Assembly (NCBI GenBank): GCA_050125095.1
Contig: JASFEA010000013.1
Span: 1-36,620 of the forward strand
Direction: 5' to 3'
Length of the DNA stretch: 36,620 bases
Source: a bacterium
Lineage (GTDB): Bacteria > Arandabacterota > Arandabacteria > Arandabacterales > JALGWA01
Below are positions 23,828 through 31,358 of the stretch, piece after piece; the first letter of the stretch is position 1, and each line of letters opens with the position of its first letter. The translations under genes and the position numbers were made by a program. The notes beneath the pieces are model-generated. The model was not told the DNA's origin and ran no database searches. It saw only the letters and a program-made list of their open reading frames with translations.

Positions 23828-23828
23828 G

Positions 23829-23921
23829 ACGCGGCGGTTGTGCATTTCAAGACCTGACCCCATCACGCGGCGGTTGTGCATTTCAAGACCTGACCCCAGA
23901 CCTGACCCCAGACCTGACCCC
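23829..23921. repeat. REP-like tandem repeat array
   Basis: ACGCGGCGGTTGTGCATTTCAAGACCTGACCCCA twice (23829-23862, 23865-23898), then GACCTGACCCC(A) twice more (23899-23921). Confidence 0.9.
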
Positions 23922-23935
23922 GTCTTGGACCGCTG

Positions 23936-23964
23936 TTGACGGCCGCGCTTTCATGGTCTAATCT
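23936..23964 (+). promoter_or_regulatory. sigma70 promoter giving a probable leaderless MFS transcript
   Basis: TTGACG (23936-23941), 17-bp spacer, TAATCT (23959-23964), 7 nt before ATG 23972; no SD sequence. Confidence 0.65.
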
Positions 23965-23971
23965 CACGAAC

Positions 23972-25279
23972 ATGGACGCCCCTGTGGACATAGGCTGGAC
24001 TCATCCCTCAAGGCGTTTCTACAGATTCGTTATCCTCATCCTGGCCGGCTTCTTCCTCTACGGCAGTTACTTCGCCTACGACAGCATCGGGGCCATCGAA
24101 GACTACCTCATGGACTCGATGGGCATAGGACAGAGCGAAATCGGCAGCATGTATTCGCTCTACAGCTGGGGCGCCATCTTCACGCTTCTTATCGCCGGCT
24201 GGCTTATCGACAGGATCGGGACGCGCAAGTCCAGCGTATTCTTCGCCGGCGTCGTTACCCTGGGAGCGGTGATAGTCGCATGGGCGCCGGGTGTGCGGAC
24301 GATGCATGCCGGCCGCTTCATCTTCGGCGCCGGTTCCGAGGCGCTTATAGTGACGCAGAACGCCATACTGGCGCGCTGGTTCAAGGGGAAAGAGCTTGCG
24401 TTCGCGTTCGGCGCCTCGCTCACGATTATGCGCCTTGCGACCATGTTCTCCTTCAACACGGAGGCCCTGATCGCCGAGAGGATGGGGCCCGGCGCAGCCC
24501 TGTGGATAGCCGCCGGCCTCTGCGCCCTCAGCGCGGGCGCTTGCGTCATCTACTATCTGATGGACCGCCACGCCGAGCCCGTTCTCGATCTCTCCGAGAC
24601 CGCCGTGAAGGACCGCATCAAGCCGCGCGAGGTCTTCAAGTTCAAGGTCTCCTACTGGCACCTCTGTTTCATCTGTCTGCTCTTCTACTCGGGCATATTC
24701 CCGTTCACAAGCCTCTCGACCAACTTCTTCCATGAGAAGTGGAGCCTCCCGCTTGCGGTGAGCGCGGAAGGCGGCATATTCGCCGCCGCCCTGGGCAATT
24801 TCCGCCACATGTTCCGAACGGCGCCGGGTACAACGTCGATCATTACCTTAATGTCGCTCCTGTTTGCGCCGTTCGCCGGAACCATGATCGACAGGTTCGG
24901 GAGGCGCGCCACCATAATGGTGCTCGGCTGCATTCTCATGATACCGGTATACCTGCTGCTTGGCTTCACCGGCCTCGCGCCAAGATTCCCGATGCTTATG
25001 CTGGGCGTCGCTTTCGTGCTTGTCCCCGCGGCCCTGTGGCCTGCAGTGCCTCTTATAGTAAGGAAGGGCCGGGTCGGGACGGCATATGGCCTCATGACGC
25101 TCATACAGAACTTCGGCCTCATGCTCTTCCCCTGGCTCAATGGCAGGCTCCGGGAATCAACCGGGACATATGGGGCGAGCATGTTGATGTTCTCCTGCCT
25201 TGGCGCCGCGGCCCTCGTCTTCGCAATCCTGCTCTTAAGGCATGACACCTCCTCGGACGCAGTCCTGGAGCGACCATGA
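23972..25279 (+). CDS. MFS transporter (MFSD1-like subfamily)
   Basis: About 12 TM segments; GWLIDRIGTR motif A; YGSYFAYD, GRFIFGAG.E, RWFKGKELAFAFG, GTAYGLM..IQN.GL. Confidence 0.9.
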   Translation: MDAPVDIGWTHPSRRFYRFVILILAGFFLYGSYFAYDSIGAIEDYLMDSMGIGQSEIGSMYSLYSWGAIFTLLIAGWLIDRIGTRKSSVFFAGVVTLGAVIVAWAPGVRTMHAGRFIFGAGSEALIVTQNAILARWFKGKELAFAFGASLTIMRLATMFSFNTEALIAERMGPGAALWIAAGLCALSAGACVIYYLMDRHAEPVLDLSETAVKDRIKPREVFKFKVSYWHLCFICLLFYSGIFPFTSLSTNFFHEKWSLPLAVSAEGGIFAAALGNFRHMFRTAPGTTSIITLMSLLFAPFAGTMIDRFGRRATIMVLGCILMIPVYLLLGFTGLAPRFPMLMLGVAFVLVPAALWPAVPLIVRKGRVGTAYGLMTLIQNFGLMLFPWLNGRLRESTGTYGASMLMFSCLGAAALVFAILLLRHDTSSDAVLERP

Positions 25280-26442
25280 CGTCAATGTTCTGCGAGCTCG
25301 AGCCGGAAGCCTTCGGGGCGGTCAGACCGCTCTTCAGCGGACTGGACTATCACATAATGACGCTGGCGGCCCTTGAGGGCGGGCGTCGGGCCAGGGTCTT
25401 CGCCGACCGTCCCGGCAGGCCCCGCGCGGCCTTCATCTTCACGCCGCAGGTGTGGGGATATCTGGCAGGAGACGCGGCTTCGCCCGGCTTCGCCGAGGAG
25501 CTGGCGGAAGAGGTATTCTCCAAACACATCCTCGGGCGGGGCGTTTCGGCTCTCTTTGTGGCCACCGATCCGGAAACGTGGTGGGAGCGCCTGGTCAGCG
25601 TAATGGGGCCTTTCGTGCCCATCCCCACTGTGAGGCTCTACTATGTCTGCTCGGAGCTCGAGTTCGACTGGCGGGTGGCCCTCCCGGACGGGTTCAGAGT
25701 CGAGCCCATATCGGCCGACCTGGTGGGCCGCCCGGGTCCAGCCCTGCCGGAGGACGTCAAGGCCTGGATGGAGGAGTGGGGCTCGGCCGGGGAGTTCCTG
25801 GAGCATGGATTCGGGTTTCTCGCGCTCATCGGAGACCGCGCGGTATCCTGGGCCATAGCCGATGGAATCGCGAACGGCCGGTGTGAGATCGGCGTGTTCA
25901 CCGAGAAGGAATATCGCCGCCGCCGGCTCGGGGCCGTTACCACTGCAGCCGCGGTTGAACACGCCCTGTCAAAGGGGATCGGCGAGGTCGGCTGGCATTG
26001 CGCGGCTGAGAATGAGGCATCCACAAGGACGGCCGAGCGGGTGGGTTTCAAAAGGCAGTTGGAGTATGAGATGCACCTCATACTCCTCGACGAGGCCCGC
26101 CACCGCATGCAGATGAAGATGTCGGCCAATAGGCTGGCGGAGGACGGGGAGGCGCTCGTGAGCAGGGGTGATTACCGGCAGGCGGTCGGGCTCTACGAAA
26201 CCGTGCTGACGCTTAACCCTGACATGGGGCCGGAGCATTACCACCTTGCGGCCCGTGCCCTCGCGGGGGAGGGAAGATACGAGGACGCGATGGAGCATCT
26301 CTTCGCGGCCGCCGAGCGGGGATGGGCCCATACATATCACACGAGAAACTGCAGCGAATTCAGGGCCCTGCGCGATACTCCGCAGTGGCACAGCCTGCTC
26401 GAGCTCATTGAGGAGAATCGCCGTGAGGGGCGCCGGGGCTGA
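25276..26442 (+). CDS. GNAT acetyltransferase with C-terminal TPR domain
   Basis: FL.HGFGF, CEIGVFTEKEYRRRRLG, W.C...N.AS...AERVGF; C-terminal TPR-like YHLAARALA..GRYEDA...L..A.ERGW. Confidence 0.88.
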   Translation: MTSMFCELEPEAFGAVRPLFSGLDYHIMTLAALEGGRRARVFADRPGRPRAAFIFTPQVWGYLAGDAASPGFAEELAEEVFSKHILGRGVSALFVATDPETWWERLVSVMGPFVPIPTVRLYYVCSELEFDWRVALPDGFRVEPISADLVGRPGPALPEDVKAWMEEWGSAGEFLEHGFGFLALIGDRAVSWAIADGIANGRCEIGVFTEKEYRRRRLGAVTTAAAVEHALSKGIGEVGWHCAAENEASTRTAERVGFKRQLEYEMHLILLDEARHRMQMKMSANRLAEDGEALVSRGDYRQAVGLYETVLTLNPDMGPEHYHLAARALAGEGRYEDAMEHLFAAAERGWAHTYHTRNCSEFRALRDTPQWHSLLELIEENRREGRRG

Positions 26443-26640
26443 CGCCTCCCCCGAACCGGCGGGGCCCGGGATTCGGCGCGCGTGGCCGTTGCGGATTTCT
26501 CCGAAAGAAAAGGGGTTGGAGATTTTGGCATTTATGGGGAGAGTACTGTGGGGCATCATCTCCGGCTGTCGCGGAGGCGGCGGTTCTCCGGTAACCGGGC
26601 GTGGTGTCCCCGCGCCGTCTAGGCGCCTGCCCGCCGGCTC

Positions 26641-26668
26641 TTGCACTTTCCTTCTGTGTTGTTATAAT
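26641..26668 (+). promoter_or_regulatory. sigma70 promoter
   Basis: TTGCAC, 16-bp spacer, TATAAT, with an extended -10 TG. Confidence 0.7.
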
Positions 26669-26707
26669 CCCGTAACGGCGCAGTCCTCCTGAACGGAGCC
26701 ATTACCT

Positions 26708-27241
26708 GTGAAGCTCGACATTGGAGATGGATTCGCAATAAGGTCTTTTGAAGCTGCCGACGCCGAAGCCATCGTGAAATACGCCGACAACCGCAAGGTG
26801 TCCATAAATCTGAGGGATCTCTTTCCCTATCCCTATACGCTCAGGAACGCGCACGAGTGGCTCGAGCATGCCATGAATGAGGATCCAGAGCGCAACTTCG
26901 CCATCGCCTCCCCGGATGAAGTCATAGGCGGTATCGGCGTGGGACTGTGGTCCGGGGAGCGCCGCGTCTCCGGCGAGGTGGGTTACTGGCTCGGCGAGCC
27001 CTTCTGGGGCCGGGGCATCGCCACCAGGGCGGTTGTCGCCTTCACGGATTACGTGTTCGAGACATTTGACATCGTGAGGGCTTACGCCGAGGTCTTCTCC
27101 AGCAATCCGGCGTCGGCCCGGGTTCTGGAGAAGGCCGGGTACAGGCTCGTCGGGCAATTCCACAACGCCATATTAAAGGAAGGGATTATACTGGACCTCT
27201 CCGTCTACGAGAGGCTGAGATCGGATCCCGCTGGGCCATAG
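26708..27241 (+). CDS. RimJ/RimL family GNAT N-acetyltransferase
   Basis: NLRDLFPYPYT, EVGYWLGEPFWGRGIAT, NPASARVLEKAGY. Confidence 0.93.
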   Translation: MKLDIGDGFAIRSFEAADAEAIVKYADNRKVSINLRDLFPYPYTLRNAHEWLEHAMNEDPERNFAIASPDEVIGGIGVGLWSGERRVSGEVGYWLGEPFWGRGIATRAVVAFTDYVFETFDIVRAYAEVFSSNPASARVLEKAGYRLVGQFHNAILKEGIILDLSVYERLRSDPAGP

Positions 27242-27274
27242 ACTTTTCCTCGTCAGATGTTATACTGCATTCAG

Positions 27275-28627
27275 GTGAGCACCTTGAGTTCTAATGAGAA
27301 GATTGTCTGCTTCGCGCTGGCCGCGCTTCTCTGCATCAATCTGGTGCAGAGTTTCTTCATGGGACTGGCCCATGACGAGGCCTATTACTGGATATACTCC
27401 AAGTACCTCGACTGGGGTTACTTCGACCACCCGCCGCTTACGGCGCCCGCCGTGGGGGCCGGTTACTGGCTTATCCCAAACGAGCTCGGCGTGCGCCTCG
27501 TATTCCTGATAATGCTGACGGTGAGCCTGTGGTGGATGTGGAAGTTGACCGACAGGAGGGACGGTGTTCTCTTCATTGCGCTCATACTGTCCTTCGGGCT
27601 CTTTCAGGTCGTCGCCATACTCGCCACGCCCGACACGCCGCTGCTCTTCTTCGCGACCATGTTCTTCATGGTATTGAGGCGATACCTCAGAAAAGACGAT
27701 GTCGCTTCGGTCCTCCTTCTGGGGTTCTCCATGGCGCTCATGCTTTACAGCAAGTATCACGGCATTCTCGTTATCCTGTTCACCGTCCTCGCCGTCCCGC
27801 GGCTCCTTAAGAAGAGGACCTTCTGGACGTCCGCGGCCGCGGGCGCCCTGCTGTTCTCGCCTCACATACTCTGGCAGGCGCGGCATGGCTTCGTGACTGT
27901 CGCATTCCAGCTGGGGCGCGCGAGCTCGTGGCTCAACCCGCACTATATTGTCGACTACGTGACCGGGCAAATCGGGCTTGCCGGTTTGATATCAGGCCTC
28001 ATACTTCTCTATGTGGTCCTTTTCAGGTTCAGGCCCCGGACCGAGTTCGACCGCGTGCTCAAGTACAACTGCGTCGGCACGCTTGCGTTTTTCCTCCTGG
28101 CCTCTCTCAAGGGGCGCGTGGAGGCCAACTGGACCATTGTCGCCTACGTCCCCCTGGGCGTAATCGCTCACGGTTTCCTTAGGGAAAGGCGGCGGCTCAG
28201 GAAGACCACCATGGTGCTGGCCCTCTTCCCGATCGGCATCATAATCGTGCTCCGCATCCTCATGACGGCCCCGCCCGACAATCTCTGGGGCCTCAGGCGC
28301 GCCTATGAATTCAGCGACTGGCCGCAGGTCACTGAGGAGGTCGAGGAGTTCGCCGGAGGCCTTCCGATTACTGCGAACCTCTACCAGCATGCTTCGTCCA
28401 TTTCGTTCTACTCAGGTGCGGTCGCACCCGCGCTCAACATAAACTCGAGGCCGAACGAGTTCACGCTTCTCAATCTTGAAGACGACCTTCTCGACACGCC
28501 CGTTTGTTTCGTCTCCAGTTTCGAGATATCCGGGGCCGAAAGGCTCGTGCTCAGGCAGGGGGGCGAGGTGTATCTTATCAAGGGGCTTACGGTACGCGAG
28601 CTGAAGGAGAGTTTCACTGACAGGTGA
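27275..28627 (+). CDS. Glycosyltransferase family 39 / ArnT-like membrane glycosyltransferase
   Basis: DEAYYW..S..LDWGYFDHPP, TPDTPL, LYSKY, multiple TM segments. Start placed at GTG 27275 because ATG 27257 lies inside the -10 element. Confidence 0.88.
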   Translation: MSTLSSNEKIVCFALAALLCINLVQSFFMGLAHDEAYYWIYSKYLDWGYFDHPPLTAPAVGAGYWLIPNELGVRLVFLIMLTVSLWWMWKLTDRRDGVLFIALILSFGLFQVVAILATPDTPLLFFATMFFMVLRRYLRKDDVASVLLLGFSMALMLYSKYHGILVILFTVLAVPRLLKKRTFWTSAAAGALLFSPHILWQARHGFVTVAFQLGRASSWLNPHYIVDYVTGQIGLAGLISGLILLYVVLFRFRPRTEFDRVLKYNCVGTLAFFLLASLKGRVEANWTIVAYVPLGVIAHGFLRERRRLRKTTMVLALFPIGIIIVLRILMTAPPDNLWGLRRAYEFSDWPQVTEEVEEFAGGLPITANLYQHASSISFYSGAVAPALNINSRPNEFTLLNLEDDLLDTPVCFVSSFEISGAERLVLRQGGEVYLIKGLTVRELKESFTDR

Positions 28628-28649
28628 TTCATCCCGGGGGTCGAGCATA

Positions 28650-29456
28650 ATGGCAACGGTGGAATGGAAGATGGGAAGGGGCCGGGGACGGGTCTTATTG
28701 CCTTTGCTGCTGCTGATGCTGCTGATCGCTCTTCCGGGCCCGGGCGCGTATGTATCGGCGGAGGCGTCCGCTGCCGCGCGTTCGTGTGTCCCCGAGCTTC
28801 CGGAATACGAGGAGTTCAGCGACTACATGAGTTCGCTGTATGAGGACATCGACCTCGCCGGCACCGTGGACTACGAGGTGTTCGAGCTTGCCATGATCGG
28901 CTATTTCAACCTCCTGGCCGATGACCTCCTCAAGCGCGAGTACATAATCACGATCATCGACTACACATTGCCCTCGACGGAGGAGAGGCTCGCGGTCATC
29001 GACCTCGATGCGCGGGAGTTGCTGCATAAATCCCTGGTAGCTCACGGAAGGAACACCGGCGAGAACTACGCCGAAGATTTCTCCAACGAGCCGGGCTCGC
29101 TTCAGAGCAGCCTCGGCTTCTACGTCACCGAGGATGACTATGTCGGCGCTCACGGCAAATCGCTCAAACTGAGCGGCGTAGATACGCTTTACAATGACAA
29201 CGCGGAGAGAAGGTACATAGTCGTTCACGGCGCCTGGTATTGCTCCGAGGAGTTTATAGAGAAGTACGGCAGGCTCGGCAGAAGCTGGGGTTGCCCGGTG
29301 CTTCCAATTGAGATGTCAAAAGAGATAATCGACCTCGTCAAGGACGGTACGTGCATGTTCATGTACTCGGATGACGACGAGTACCTGGAAAATTCCATCT
29401 ACCTCGAAATAGACGGAGCCGTTGAGGAGTTCGGGAAGAGACATCGGGCTCGCTGA
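28650..29456 (+). CDS. Murein L,D-transpeptidase catalytic domain family protein (YkuD_2)
   Basis: IIDYTLPS..ERL..IDL, VAHGRN, FSN.PGS.QSSLGFY, NA..R.IVVHGA.Y, GRSWGCP. Confidence 0.92.
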   Translation: MATVEWKMGRGRGRVLLPLLLLMLLIALPGPGAYVSAEASAAARSCVPELPEYEEFSDYMSSLYEDIDLAGTVDYEVFELAMIGYFNLLADDLLKREYIITIIDYTLPSTEERLAVIDLDARELLHKSLVAHGRNTGENYAEDFSNEPGSLQSSLGFYVTEDDYVGAHGKSLKLSGVDTLYNDNAERRYIVVHGAWYCSEEFIEKYGRLGRSWGCPVLPIEMSKEIIDLVKDGTCMFMYSDDDEYLENSIYLEIDGAVEEFGKRHRAR

Positions 29457-29469
29457 GGAGGAACATGAT

Positions 29470-31224
29470 TTGAGTTCGGCATTGGCCCTCATGAGATGGA
29501 CCTACGGCATTCGATCGGCCGGCATGATGCCCGGGTGGGCGCCTGTGGTTCTGTGGGTGGTGCTTGCTATGGGGCTTGCTGTGGGTACAGGGGAGGCCTA
29601 TGGGCAGGCGGACCGCGTGCGGGATGCCATAAGGGCGAGGTGTGAGAGCCTCATCGAGACGGGTTCGCTCCAGGTCCGCGGCGCGGAAATAGCGTCGGTG
29701 GTGGCCATCCCCGGCTTCTACCGGAAGCGCGGCTACCGGCCGGCCTGGACCGACCCGGAGAACATCAGCGGTCTCATGAGGGCTGCAGAGGGGATGTATG
29801 AAGACGGTCTCAACCCGGAGGACTACCTGTATGCCGAGATCAAACGGGTCAATGCGGAGATGGCCGGGACGGCAAATCCCGGCCCGGAACTCGCAGCCGA
29901 CCGCGAGATGCTGCTCATGGACTCGCTTTTTCGCATGGCCTATCATGTCGAGTTCGGGAAAGTCGATCCCGAGCGCCTGGATCCCAACTGGAACATACAC
30001 AGGGAGTTCAGGAGCGAGGGGCTGGCCGAGCAAATGGAAAACGTGCTGGGCTCCGCCGGCATTGAGGAGTATATAGAGAAGGCCAAGCCGCAGCATCAGC
30101 TCTATTCGTGCCTAAAGGCCACGCTTCAGAAATATCGCCGTATCCAGGCGGAAGGAGGTTGGGAGCCCGTACCGGCGGACGGAGTGCTTAAGAAGGGCAT
30201 GACCCGCGACAATGTCGTTGCGCTTCGCGAGCGGCTGCGAGTTGCGGGCGACCTCCCCGGAGAGGCATCGGCGGCCTCCGGCGATTTCGACGAGCAGCTT
30301 GAAGACGCAGTCAGGCGCTTTCAAGTGAGGCACGGCCTGGCCGGTGACGGCGTGGTAGGCAAGGCGACTTTCGAGGCTCTCAATGTCCCGGTTGAGGATA
30401 GGATAAACCAGCTGCGCGCCAACCTCGAGCGCGCCCGCTGGGTGCTGCAGGATTTCACAGACACATTCGTTATGGTCAATATCGCGGGCTTCCGCGTGAA
30501 TTACGTCGAAGATAACCGGATCCGGTGGAGCACCAGGGCCCAGGTGGGCCAGCCCTATCGGCAGACCCCGGTCTTCAGGGCCGACATGAAATACATCGTC
30601 TTCAACCCGACCTGGACGGTGCCGCCCACGATTCTTGAGAAGGACGTGCTTCCGGCGATACAGAAGGACATCGGGTATCTGGAGAAAAAGAACATGGTTG
30701 TCCTCGACAGGAGCGGCAAGGCAGTCGACCCGGGTTCCGTCGCCTGGTCAAAATACCGGGGCCCGGATCTTCCATACACCATCAGGCAGGAGCCCGGGCC
30801 AGGAAACGCGCTCGGCCGGGTCAAATTCATATTCCCCAACAAACACTTCATTTTTCTGCACGACACACCCAGCAAGTCCCTCTTTGACAGGGCAGAGCGC
30901 GCATTCAGCTCGGGCTGCATACGCGTCCAGCATCCCTTTGAGCTGGCGGAGATTTTGCTGGCCGACAGGGGCTACGACCAGGCCAGGATCGCGGAGGTGC
31001 TCGATACGGGTAAGGAAGAGAACGTTTATCTCACGAAGCCCGTCCCGACGCTGCTTCTCTACTGGACTGCGTTTACGACTCTCGACGGCGGGTGCAACTT
31101 CAGAAAAGACGTTTACGAGCGCGACCCCGCTATCATCGCGGCTCTCGACGGCCCTATCGTGCTCAGGAAGGGGCATGAGGCCGATCGTGACAGGCTGATA
31201 GAGGACCTCCGGAATAACCGGTAG
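29470..31224 (+). CDS. YcbB/LdtD-like L,D-transpeptidase (scaffold, PG-binding and YkuD domains)
   Basis: AVRRFQ.RHGL..DGVVG PG-binding domain; NLER.RW, VNI, FNP.W.VP, QEPGP.NALGRVKF.FPN, LHDTP...F....RAFSSGCIRV. Start uncertain (TTG 29470, ATG 29491 or ATG 29524). Confidence 0.92.
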   Translation: MSSALALMRWTYGIRSAGMMPGWAPVVLWVVLAMGLAVGTGEAYGQADRVRDAIRARCESLIETGSLQVRGAEIASVVAIPGFYRKRGYRPAWTDPENISGLMRAAEGMYEDGLNPEDYLYAEIKRVNAEMAGTANPGPELAADREMLLMDSLFRMAYHVEFGKVDPERLDPNWNIHREFRSEGLAEQMENVLGSAGIEEYIEKAKPQHQLYSCLKATLQKYRRIQAEGGWEPVPADGVLKKGMTRDNVVALRERLRVAGDLPGEASAASGDFDEQLEDAVRRFQVRHGLAGDGVVGKATFEALNVPVEDRINQLRANLERARWVLQDFTDTFVMVNIAGFRVNYVEDNRIRWSTRAQVGQPYRQTPVFRADMKYIVFNPTWTVPPTILEKDVLPAIQKDIGYLEKKNMVVLDRSGKAVDPGSVAWSKYRGPDLPYTIRQEPGPGNALGRVKFIFPNKHFIFLHDTPSKSLFDRAERAFSSGCIRVQHPFELAEILLADRGYDQARIAEVLDTGKEENVYLTKPVPTLLLYWTAFTTLDGGCNFRKDVYERDPAIIAALDGPIVLRKGHEADRDRLIEDLRNNR

Positions 31225-31308
31225 GCCGGTGCGACCTGCTTCTTGGGGGGCATTCTGTCAGCCCGTAATGCATTTCCGGAACCCGCCACGCTCAATCGTC
31301 TTACGCCG

Positions 31309-31342
31309 GCGGCCCGGCCGGCCGGAGAGGCCGGCCGGCCGC
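31309..31342. terminator. GC-rich hairpin between convergent genes
   Basis: GCGGCC(C)GGCCGGCC-GGAGA-GGCCGGCCGGCCGC; no U-tract. Confidence 0.4.
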
Positions 31343-31358
31343 GAGCTTGATCTCCTGG

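Noticed and set aside
23829-23921. CRISPR array interpretation of the 34-bp repeat
   Set aside because: The repeats are separated by 0-2 nt with no unique spacers, and there are no cas genes or leader.
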